From Candidatus Limnocylindrales bacterium (GTDB taxonomy: Bacteria > Chloroflexota > Limnocylindria > Limnocylindrales > CSP1-4), in the NCBI GenBank assembly GCA_035688935.1, contig DASSMI010000035.1, positions 1 to 43,278 of the forward strand: a DNA stretch of 43,278 nucleotides, given 5' to 3'. This document shows, piece after piece, positions 18,917 to 26,202 of this stretch. Below the pieces are notes generated by a model that had not been told where the DNA came from, did no database searches, and saw nothing but the letters and a program-made list of their open reading frames with translations. Both the position numbers and the translations under genes were made by a program. Position 1 is the stretch's first letter, and each line of letters opens with the position of its first letter.

Positions 18917-18946
18917 GAAGGACCCGCCCGGTCGGGCGGGCCCTTC
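18917..18946. terminator. Bidirectional terminator-like hairpin between the convergent USP genes
   Basis: GAAGGACCCGCCC-ggtc-GGGCGGGCCCTTC pairs 12 of 13 bp with a 4-nt loop. It lies 15 nt after the stop at 18902 and 53 nt after the stop at 18999. Confidence 0.45.
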
Positions 18947-18998
18947 GATTCCCGGGCCGGGTCGGCGGCGAACCCCAGGTTGCCGGCCGGCGCCCGGG

Positions 18999-19973
18999 TC
19001 AGTGCGTTGCCAGCGAATGGATCGCGGCGCTCGCGGGGTTCGCGGCGACGCGCGGCCGTCCGACCGGTTCGGCGTGACGGCGGACGATCAGGACCGACGA
19101 GACGGCGTTGTCGAGCACGTCCCGGGCGACGCTGCCGAGGACGACCCGGGTGATCCCGGTCCGACCGTGGGACCCGAGGATCACGAGATCGGCGCCCCAG
19201 TCCCGGGCGAAGGCCGTGATCGCGGCGGCCGCCGGCCCGCTGAGAACCTGGGCCCGGGCAGCCAGACCCGCGGCGGACAGGCGGTCGGCCGCGACGTTCG
19301 CGATCCGCTCGTGCTCCGCGCGGTCGGCGGCGTCGGTCTGGACATCCTCGAGCGCATCCGGTGGGATGCCCGGGATCATCTCGCTCGGCCAGGGGCTCGG
19401 ATGGTCGGCCGCGACGCTCGCGACGCGGATCTCGGTGGTCGCGAGGAAGGGCCATCGGGCGATGGTCGCGATGGCCTCGTCCGCGATCTCGGACCCATCC
19501 GTGGCGACGACGACCCGCTCCAGCCGGTCGCCCCGAGCGACGAGGACCGGGACGGGAGACCGATCGACCAGGGCGCTGGAGATCGAGCCGAGCACGATCC
19601 GCCGGAGGCCGCCGAGGTGGCGCGACCCGGTGACGACGAGGTCCGGCCGGTCGCGCTCGATTCGATCGACGAGGACGTAGCGCGCCTCGCCGCGCAGGAC
19701 GACGGTGAGGGCGTCGAGCCCGTGAGCGCGGAGGCGCTCGGCGACCTCGTCGAGCGCCGCCTTCGCCGCGAGCACCCGGGCGAGGTCATCCTCGGCCGCG
19801 ATCGTGGCGGCGGCCGACGGGGTGGGCCATGGGCCGACCGGAAGCTCGGCCAGCTCGGGCTCGATGACGGTCACGAGCTCGATCGACGAGCCGACCGGCC
19901 ATGCCGCCCGCTCGACCAACCGCGCCGCGACCGCGGCGCCCTCGGATGCATCGTAGGCAAGCAGGATTCGCAT
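18999..19973 (-). CDS. Tandem universal stress protein (two USP domains)
   Basis: 324 aa from MRILLAYDASEGAAVA... It has two ATP-loop-like segments, VVTGSRHLGGLRRIVLGSISSALV and LVILGSHGRTGITRVVLGSVARDVL. GAGGAGG lies upstream of ATG 19973. Confidence 0.88.
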   Translation of the reverse strand: MRILLAYDASEGAAVAARLVERAAWPVGSSIELVTVIEPELAELPVGPWPTPSAAATIAAEDDLARVLAAKAALDEVAERLRAHGLDALTVVLRGEARYVLVDRIERDRPDLVVTGSRHLGGLRRIVLGSISSALVDRSPVPVLVARGDRLERVVVATDGSEIADEAIATIARWPFLATTEIRVASVAADHPSPWPSEMIPGIPPDALEDVQTDAADRAEHERIANVAADRLSAAGLAARAQVLSGPAAAAITAFARDWGADLVILGSHGRTGITRVVLGSVARDVLDNAVSSVLIVRRHAEPVGRPRVAANPASAAIHSLATH

Positions 19974-19998
19974 CAGGACACCTCCTCGCTCGACGATC

Positions 19999-20796
19999 TC
20001 AGGACCGCCCCGCCGGGACCACTGCCGAACGGCCCTCCGCACGGGGCCGTGTGTCGCAACGTCGGCCGGTACCGTCCGGCTCGGCGCGTTCGTCCGTCCC
20101 GCCACGGGTCGGCCGGAGCCGGTCGCCGGCCGCCCATGCGTCCGGATGCTCGGCCTCGAGCCGCACCGCCTCGCCGCGGACGAGGCAGGCGAGGTCCTGG
20201 TACACCGAGCGGATGGCCGGCGTCGTCCGGAGCTGCTCGCGGGCGTCCCGGAGGAACGCCGCGTAGCGCGCCAGCGGCTCGGCCGCGGCGAGCTCGGCCT
20301 CGAAGCCGCGCCGGAGGTCGACGGCGAGCCGCAACCGGCCGAACCAGGCGCCGATCGCTTCGGCGCCCTCGTCGACGCCCTGGGAGTGGCCGCCGCGGCG
20401 GACGATCGGCGCCGGCGAGACGAACCGGACGACGACTGCGTCGCCGACCCGGTCGGCCTCGACCCGGCCACCGAAGGTCAGGTACTCGTTCGTGGCGCCG
20501 AGGCGATCGACGATCCGGATCAGCCCCCACGAGAACGCTTCGGCGAGGGGCGGGCTCGAGTCGCGCGGAAAAGTCCGGCGGCGCCCGTGTCCGTCGGCGG
20601 TGATCCAGTACGTGACCGCCTCGGGATCGAAGTGGCGGAACGTCGGTCGATCGCGGATCGCGACGAGGAGGAGTCCCGGGCCGGGACGGTCGGGAAGGTC
20701 CGCGACCGCCAGGAAGCCGAGCCTCGAGAGGCGATCGGCGGCGACGCCCGGCGTGATCCGGCCGGGAGCGTCCCGGAACGCGATCCTCGGCGGCAC
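19999..20796 (-). CDS. Hypothetical protein (no recognisable domain)
   Basis: 265-aa ORF with balanced composition (W, F, Y, D, E present), co-directional and tightly spaced between the hemerythrin and tandem-USP genes. The C-terminal 40 aa are low complexity, so the true stop and function are uncertain. Confidence 0.5.
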   Translation of the reverse strand: MPPRIAFRDAPGRITPGVAADRLSRLGFLAVADLPDRPGPGLLLVAIRDRPTFRHFDPEAVTYWITADGHGRRRTFPRDSSPPLAEAFSWGLIRIVDRLGATNEYLTFGGRVEADRVGDAVVVRFVSPAPIVRRGGHSQGVDEGAEAIGAWFGRLRLAVDLRRGFEAELAAAEPLARYAAFLRDAREQLRTTPAIRSVYQDLACLVRGEAVRLEAEHPDAWAAGDRLRPTRGGTDERAEPDGTGRRCDTRPRAEGRSAVVPAGRS

Positions 20797-20800
20797 GGCG

Positions 20801-21265
20801 TCAGTCCGATCGGCTCGCGGCCGGCTCGTCGAGGATCGGCAGGAGGAACCGTTCCTCCCGCTCGATGTGGGCGCGGAGGAGCGCCTCCAGCCCGAAGAGG
20901 TGACAGCGGAGCTCGTCGTGCTCGAGAGCCGGAACCTGACGGAGCGACGCTCGATCGGTCCGGATCCGCTCGGTCAGGGACCGGATCTGCTGGTGGTCGA
21001 ACCGCGCCGGCCGGGTCGCCCACGGCGTCCCGACTCGTGCGTCGATCTCGGGGTACAGCCAGCGGTCCTCCCAGACGAGGTGTGGCTCGAGCATCTCATC
21101 GAGCCAGTGGAGGACATCGAGGACGTGGATCGACAGCTCGGGCGCAGCGTCGAAGCCGATCCCGCAGGCGACGTCGTGGATCCGGTTCAGGCCGCGGATC
21201 AGGTCCCGGTGCTCGTGGTCGGCGAACACGCGGGCGGGCTGCAGCTCGTTCATCTGGGTCGTCAT
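20801..21265 (-). CDS. Hemerythrin (HHE cation-binding) domain protein
   Basis: 154-aa ORF. His/Glu ligand spacing is typical of hemerythrin-like domains: FADHEHRDLIRGL..., HVLDVLHWLDEMLEPH...WEDRWLYPEID, LLRAHIEREERFLLP. GGGAG lies 7 nt upstream of the ATG. Confidence 0.85.
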   Translation of the reverse strand: MTTQMNELQPARVFADHEHRDLIRGLNRIHDVACGIGFDAAPELSIHVLDVLHWLDEMLEPHLVWEDRWLYPEIDARVGTPWATRPARFDHQQIRSLTERIRTDRASLRQVPALEHDELRCHLFGLEALLRAHIEREERFLLPILDEPAASRSD

Positions 21266-21283
21266 CGGACCACTCCCGGTTCA

Positions 21284-21303
21284 GCCGGCCGCCGGCGGCC
21301 GGC
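21284..21303. repeat. Perfect 20-bp GC palindrome GCCGGCCGCCGGCGGCCGGC just upstream of the hemerythrin RBS
   Basis: The sequence equals its own reverse complement. It lies 6 nt from the GGGAG SD-like motif of the hemerythrin gene and 108 nt downstream of the preceding gene's stop. It could be an operator, an RNA hairpin or a terminator. Function is unknown. Confidence 0.6.
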
Positions 21304-21411
21304 GCCTGCTGTGACGATCCGCTGCAGCAGCCCCAGCGACCAGAGCCAGACGTCACGCGGCGACGGCCCTCATGGCCCCTGCCGGGGACGGGCGTCAGGA
21401 TCGGGCTGCCG

Positions 21412-22182
21412 TCAGATCGTCTCGTTGGCGATCCGGACCTGGCGGCCGGTCCAGCTGATAAGACGTCGGAGCTGGTCCCGGTCGAGCCGATCGCAGGCGA
21501 ACGCCCAGTGGATCGACACGACGTCGCCGGGCGCCACATCGCGGACGAACCCGACGCCGTCGCGCCACGCCTCGACGCGTTCCGGGCGCGGCGGTCCGAG
21601 GTGGAGCCGGCCGCCGGAGAGGAGGAGGGGAACGGCGTCGACGACGAGGGACGACCCGTCGCGCTCGAGGACGCGACCCCACCGGATCCGGCAGGCGTCC
21701 ATCACCTCCAGCGCGCGGTCGACGGCGCCCGACCGCATCAGCCCGATCCGAGGGAAGACGTCGAGGACATGGAATGCGTGGACGGGCGCCGCCCCCGCCT
21801 CGGGCTTTCCGGCCAGCCAGCGCCAGCCATCGGGCCGCAGCCGGGGCCGGAACCGATGGGTCAGGGAAGCGCGGAGCGCGTCGGGGGTCACCCGATCCAG
21901 GAGCGAGCTGCCCAGCCAGTACGCCTCGACGACCCGGCGGTCGAGCGGATCGCCGATCCCGTTCGAGCGAGCGATGAGCTCGAGGTACGGCCATGCGCCC
22001 TCGAACCCGGCCGCCAGCGCTCGCAGTGCCGGATCGCCGGTGCCGCTGGTCGCCTCGCCGAGCAGCTCGGCGGCGGCATCGGGGCCGCAATATCCGAGCT
22101 GGTTCGGCGGGAAGGCGTACCGCGCGAACAGGACCGGGCCCGACACCGGCAATGCGGCCGTTGCCCGGGCGGCCTCAGCCAT
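21412..22182 (-). CDS. Conserved-looking uncharacterised protein with HypC/HupF-like C-terminal segment
   Basis: 256 aa from MAEAARATAALPVSGPVLFARYAFPPNQLGYCGPD... ATG 22182 overlaps the EamA stop by 8 nt (ATGGCTGA). The C-terminal segment CRIRWGRVLERDGSSLVVDA...APGDVVSIHWAFACDRLD parallels the neighbouring HypC (MCIGYPGRVIDLDATGATVV...VGDWVTVAAGAIVARLE). Confidence 0.65.
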   Translation of the reverse strand: MAEAARATAALPVSGPVLFARYAFPPNQLGYCGPDAAAELLGEATSGTGDPALRALAAGFEGAWPYLELIARSNGIGDPLDRRVVEAYWLGSSLLDRVTPDALRASLTHRFRPRLRPDGWRWLAGKPEAGAAPVHAFHVLDVFPRIGLMRSGAVDRALEVMDACRIRWGRVLERDGSSLVVDAVPLLLSGGRLHLGPPRPERVEAWRDGVGFVRDVAPGDVVSIHWAFACDRLDRDQLRRLISWTGRQVRIANETI

Positions 22183-23158
22183 CGGATGGCTCAGGGGCGA
22201 GCCGGCGAGCGGTCGCCGATGCGACGCCTCGAGCCGCGGCTCGGGCCCACCCGACGACGAGCACGGATGCAGCCACGATCGCGCCGAACCCGACGAGCGC
22301 GGACCCACTGGGAGCCGTCCCGCTCGTCGCCGCAGACAGGCCGCCCGTCACGACCGCGCCCAGCACCAGGACGCTCGTCACGACCGTCGCCGGCGCGCGG
22401 CGCAGCGCGGCGAACCAGGTTGCGACGTAGCCGGCCAGGATCGCCCCGGTGAGGGCGACCCATGCCCAGCCGGCGGGCGTGACGGCGGCCACTCCGGTGG
22501 CACGTCCGGTGACGACGAGGAACCCGGCGAGCAGGACGACCCCGAGACCCATGCGGAGCGTCGCGAGGACGCCCGTCGGAGTCGTGCCGAGGAGGCGCCG
22601 GACGAGGACGGTCTCGATCGCCCAGAGGAGCGTGGCCGCGAGGATCATCGTCTCGCCCGGACCCCAGACGATCCCCCGCGGCGGGAGGACCAGCGCCTGG
22701 CCGAGGAGCAGACCGGCAAGGCCGACGACCAGGGCGATCCCCGCTCGCTCGCCGAGGACGGGGAGGGCGAGCAGGGCCACCCATAGGACGAGGGTCTTGT
22801 GGATGACGGCGGCGCTCGGCGCGCTCGCCGCGGCCAGGCCGGTGAAGAACAGCACGAACGGCACGCTCCCGCCGACCACACCCACGGCGAGGATCGCGGG
22901 CCAGCGGGCGGCCGGGATCGCGCGGATGCCCGTCATGCCGCGCGGCCCGAGAAGGCCGAGGAGCACGACGGCCGCGACGGCGTTCTTCAGGGTCGTGTAC
23001 ACGGCGGGATCGGGGACCTGGCGCACGGCGAATGCGTTCAGGTAGACCGCGACGCCGCTGACGAGCGCGGCACCGATCGCGAGAGCGATCCCGGCATCGA
23101 GGCTGTCGGGCAGCCAGGGCGGCGACGGTCGGCGAGGAACGACGATCTGGGGGCGCAT
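22175..23158 (-). CDS. EamA/DMT-superfamily permease (about 10 TM)
   Basis: 327 aa from MRPQIVVPRR... It has two repeated 5-TM EamA-like halves and is highly hydrophobic. ATG 23158 shares one nt with the hypC stop (TGATG). Confidence 0.82.
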   Translation of the reverse strand: MRPQIVVPRRPSPPWLPDSLDAGIALAIGAALVSGVAVYLNAFAVRQVPDPAVYTTLKNAVAAVVLLGLLGPRGMTGIRAIPAARWPAILAVGVVGGSVPFVLFFTGLAAASAPSAAVIHKTLVLWVALLALPVLGERAGIALVVGLAGLLLGQALVLPPRGIVWGPGETMILAATLLWAIETVLVRRLLGTTPTGVLATLRMGLGVVLLAGFLVVTGRATGVAAVTPAGWAWVALTGAILAGYVATWFAALRRAPATVVTSVLVLGAVVTGGLSAATSGTAPSGSALVGFGAIVAASVLVVGWARAAARGVASATARRLAPEPSDG

Positions 23159-23433
23159 CAGGGTCTCCTTGGATGAGCGAAGGGCGTTGGTTCCGTGCGT
23201 CTCGTCCCGGCGGCCGCGGCGCGCCGCTCGGCGGCTCGCAGGCGGCGCCGGATCCAGGCGGCATCGGCGGGTTCGAGTCGGGCGACGATCGCACCGGCCG
23301 CGACCGTGACCCAGTCGCCGACCCGGACGTCGGGGACGACGACGGTCGATGCCCGCCGCGTGCGGCCCTCGGTGACGACGGTCGCTCCGGTCGCGTCCAG
23401 GTCGATGACCCGGCCCGGGTACCCGATGCACAT
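23158..23433 (-). CDS. hypC: [NiFe]-hydrogenase assembly chaperone HypC/HupF family
   Basis: 91-aa ORF beginning MCIGYPGRV (canonical N-terminal Cys motif), followed by ...VGDWVTVAAGAIV. Confidence 0.85.
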   Translation of the reverse strand: MCIGYPGRVIDLDATGATVVTEGRTRRASTVVVPDVRVGDWVTVAAGAIVARLEPADAAWIRRRLRAAERRAAAAGTRRTEPTPFAHPRRP

Positions 23434-23436
23434 CGG

Positions 23437-23976
23437 TCAGGTCCGAAGCCGAGCCACGGCGTCGCGAACGGCGTTGACCATCCGCGGGACGGCCCGGGCC
23501 ACGGAAGGGCTGAGGCCCGCGCCGAGCGTGAAGCGGACGCCGCCCACGGCGATGATCCGGCCCTCGAGCGGGCGACCGCGGATCATGTCGGCGACGCCGA
23601 TCACCTCGCGGAACTCGAGGGCATGCGACGACCTGGGCCGGAGCCGGTCCTCGCGTCCGATCATCCCGGTGAGCGGCAGCTCGACGATGTGGCCGCCGCG
23701 CACGCCCGTCGCGGCGTCGACGACGATCACCGCGCCGCCCGGCGGGACGTCGAGCAGGTGATCGACCTCGAGCTGACCGACGACGCGGATCCGGGCACCG
23801 GCCGGCAGCGACCGCTCCAATGCCTCCGCGACGACCAGCCCGACCGCATCGTCGCCGCGGTCCGGCGATCCGCAGGCGAAGATCTCCACCCCGATCGGTC
23901 GTGCTCCGGCGAGACCTTGCCCGGACCGGGAACGGGTGACGTGGGGATCGACGGGGGCACGGGCGACGGGCGTCAT
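23437..23976 (-). CDS. Hydrogenase maturation endopeptidase (HybD/HyaD/FrhD-like)
   Basis: 179 aa from MTPVARAP... Motifs are CGSPDRGDDAVG, AVIVVDAA and SSHALEF. ATG 23976 shares one nt with the large-subunit stop. A later start is possible. Confidence 0.8.
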   Translation of the reverse strand: MTPVARAPVDPHVTRSRSGQGLAGARPIGVEIFACGSPDRGDDAVGLVVAEALERSLPAGARIRVVGQLEVDHLLDVPPGGAVIVVDAATGVRGGHIVELPLTGMIGREDRLRPRSSHALEFREVIGVADMIRGRPLEGRIIAVGGVRFTLGAGLSPSVARAVPRMVNAVRDAVARLRT

Positions 23977-25349
23977 CAGGACACCTCCTCCAGCGTGAGA
24001 TCGAGGAAGTGGGTGGCACAGCTGATGCACGGGTCGTAGCTGCGGATCAGCTGCTCGAGCCGGAGAACCGCCTCGGCGCGCGGCAGGCCGAGCACGGATG
24101 GAGCGAACGCGGCCAGGTCGGCTTCGATCGCCGCCTGGTTCTGGCTCGTGGGCGGCACGATCCGCGCGCTCGCGACGAGTCCTCGGTCGTCGAGCTCGTA
24201 GGCGTGGAAGATCAGGCCGCGTGGCGCCTCCGTCGCCCAGGCTGCGGTCGCCGGGCCGGCGGACCACGGCACGCGGGCGTCCGCGGCGGGTGCCCAGGTC
24301 TCGACGAGGTCGATCGCCTCGGCCACGGCGTCGACGATCTCGATCGCCCGGGCGACGACGCTCCGATAGGGGTTGGTCGCGATCTCCGTCGCGAGGCCGG
24401 TCCGCGTCAGCGCCGCCGCGGCCAGCGGATGGAGCCGGTCGCCGGCGAGCGCCAGCCGGCTCGAGGGACCCAGCAGGTAGGCCCGGCCATCGAGGTCGCG
24501 CGCCTGGAGCGCATGGGACCACGGCACCTGGGTCTCGGCGAAGGCCGAGGTCCACGCGGTCGGCGGAATGTCGAGCCCGGCCGTCGACACGATCCGGCCC
24601 TCGTTCATGGGGTACTCGGTCGGATGCCGGAGCGCCACGAGCGGCCCGGATCGGGTGAACGCCGGCGTCGGCAGATCGGCGACGAGATCGACGGTCCGCT
24701 CGGCGATCCGGAGGGCCGTCTCGAGCGGCTCGCGGAGGGCCCGGATCTCCGATCGTCGGAACGTCCGGGAGAAGCCACCGACGCGGACCGAGACCGGATG
24801 GATCGCCCGGCCACCGATGACCTCGACGATCCGGTTGCCCGTCTTCTTCAGCGCGAGCCCGGCTTCCACGGCGTCGCGCCGGTCGCGGGCGAGCTCGAGG
24901 GCGCTCGGGTAGCCCAGGAAGTCGGGGAGGTGCAGCAGGTAGACGTGGAGCGCGTGGCTCTCGATCCACTCGCCGCAGTACAGCAGACGTCGGAGGGCGC
25001 GGACGGCGGGATCGATCGTGATCCCGAGCCCCGCCTCGAAGGCGTGGACCGCGGTCACCTGGTAGGCGACCGGGCAGATGCCGCAGATCCTCGCGACGAT
25101 GTCGACCACCTCGTCGGGCCGGCGTCCGACCACGAGCTGCTCGAAGTACCGAGGCGCCTCGAAGATCTGGAGGTGGGCCTCTTCGACCTGTCCGTCACGA
25201 ACGCGCAGACGGAGGGATCCCTCGCCCTCGACCCGCGTCAGTCCCGCCACGTCGACCGTCAGGTCGCCGGGCGCCGAGCCGCCGAGCCCGGAGCCGCCGA
25301 GCCCCGAGCCGCCGAGCCCCGAGCCGCCGGTTCCGTCGAGGTCATGCAT
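23976..25349 (-). CDS. [NiFe]-hydrogenase large (alpha) subunit, group 3 (3b-like)
   Basis: 457 aa from MHDLDG... The N-terminal Ni-Fe ligands are RICGICPVAY and the C-terminal ligands are DPCISCATH. A 10-aa tail (FLDLTLEEVS) follows, suitable for endopeptidase cleavage. ATG 25349 overlaps the small-subunit stop by 8 nt (ATGCATGA). Confidence 0.93.
   Translation of the reverse strand: MHDLDGTGGSGLGGSGLGGSGLGGSAPGDLTVDVAGLTRVEGEGSLRLRVRDGQVEEAHLQIFEAPRYFEQLVVGRRPDEVVDIVARICGICPVAYQVTAVHAFEAGLGITIDPAVRALRRLLYCGEWIESHALHVYLLHLPDFLGYPSALELARDRRDAVEAGLALKKTGNRIVEVIGGRAIHPVSVRVGGFSRTFRRSEIRALREPLETALRIAERTVDLVADLPTPAFTRSGPLVALRHPTEYPMNEGRIVSTAGLDIPPTAWTSAFAETQVPWSHALQARDLDGRAYLLGPSSRLALAGDRLHPLAAAALTRTGLATEIATNPYRSVVARAIEIVDAVAEAIDLVETWAPAADARVPWSAGPATAAWATEAPRGLIFHAYELDDRGLVASARIVPPTSQNQAAIEADLAAFAPSVLGLPRAEAVLRLEQLIRSYDPCISCATHFLDLTLEEVS
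25275..25328 (-). repeat. 15-nt tandem repeat (about 3.6 copies) encoding (GGSGL)n at the N-terminus of the hydrogenase large subunit
   Basis: The minus strand reads ggcggctcggggctc twice, then ggcggctccgggctc, then ggcggctcg. This translates to GGSGLGGSGLGGSGLGGS (residues 8-25). Confidence 0.9.
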
Positions 25350-26202
25350 CGGTCGAGCCCTCGCCCGCCACCGGCGCGCCCGGAGGACCGCCGTAGGTGT
25401 CGATCGCCGCCCGGAACGGTGCCGACCAGGCCGTGAACCCGGCGAACAGTCGGGCGACGTCGGCCGGGGAGCCGCGCTCGAACCAGGCCGCGAGCGACGC
25501 GGCATTCGCCGATTCGCGCGGGCCGAAGCAGCCGTAGCAGCCGCGGCCGTACGCCGGACAGATCGCGCCGCAGCCCGTCCGCGTCACCGGGCCGAGACAC
25601 GGGATGGACCCGGCCACCGTGACGCAGACGACGCCGCGCCGCTTGCACTCGAGGCAGACGGCCTCGTCGGGCAGCTGCGGGCGCCGACCGGTGAGCAGCG
25701 CGGTGAGGAGCTCCCGGAGCTGGTCCGGCGCGATGGGGCAGCCACGCAGCTCGCCATCGACGGCCACGAAGTCGGAGACGGGCCGCGCCTGCGCCAGCGA
25801 CTCGATGAACGCCGGCCGCGGGTAGACCGCGGCCCGGATCTCGTCGTGGTCGCGCCAGTTCCGGAGCGCCTGGATCCCGCCCGCGGTCGCGCACGCCCCG
25901 ATCGTGATCAGGCGGTGGGAGACGGCGCGCAGACGGAGGAGCTCCTCGACCTGGTCCGGCGTGCTGACCGACCCTTCGACGAGCAGGACGTCGAACGGAC
26001 CGGCCGATCGACGCGACGTCGCCTCGGCGAACTCGACGATGTCGACCCGATCGGCGATCGCGAGCAGCTCGTCCTCCAGATCGAGGAGCGTCAGCTGGCA
26101 GCCGTCGCACGACGCGAGCTTCACGACGCCGATCCGCGGCCTCGTGGGCACCGCGGATCGCGGACGCGGGGTTCGGACGACGGTCGCGGACGCCGTCATC
26201 AC
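25342..26202 (-). CDS. [NiFe]-hydrogenase small (delta) subunit, group 3 type, no Tat signal
   Basis: 286-aa ORF. Motifs are KLASCDGCQLTLLD, GACATAGGIQ, CLECKRRGVVC and GCGAICPAYGRGCYGC. The start is GTG 26202 or ATG 26199 (GTGATG), and either overlaps the stop of the upstream gene. Confidence 0.9.
   Translation of the reverse strand: MMTASATVVRTPRPRSAVPTRPRIGVVKLASCDGCQLTLLDLEDELLAIADRVDIVEFAEATSRRSAGPFDVLLVEGSVSTPDQVEELLRLRAVSHRLITIGACATAGGIQALRNWRDHDEIRAAVYPRPAFIESLAQARPVSDFVAVDGELRGCPIAPDQLRELLTALLTGRRPQLPDEAVCLECKRRGVVCVTVAGSIPCLGPVTRTGCGAICPAYGRGCYGCFGPRESANAASLAAWFERGSPADVARLFAGFTAWSAPFRAAIDTYGGPPGAPVAGEGSTDA

Noticed and set aside
19002-22786. Plus-strand ORFs 19002..20603, 20146..22452 and 20492..22786 (533-768 aa).
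   Set aside because: They are antisense to the USP, hemerythrin, HypC-like and EamA genes. They have extreme Arg/Pro/Gly/Ser content and no motifs.
25275-25328. Short regularly spaced repeats as a CRISPR array. The same applies to 37531-37659, 42956-43093 and 43158-43202.
   Set aside because: The units are 12-24 nt, directly abutting without spacers, in frame, and encode Gly/Ser or Pro/Thr linkers inside CDSs. No cas genes are present.
23976-26202. Interpretation of the hydrogenase as a respiratory uptake (group 1/2) enzyme.
   Set aside because: The small subunit has no twin-arginine signal and is short. The large subunit is only 457 aa. The partners are AsrA/AsrB-like soluble diaphorase domains rather than a cytochrome b. 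All of this points to a cytosolic group 3 enzyme.
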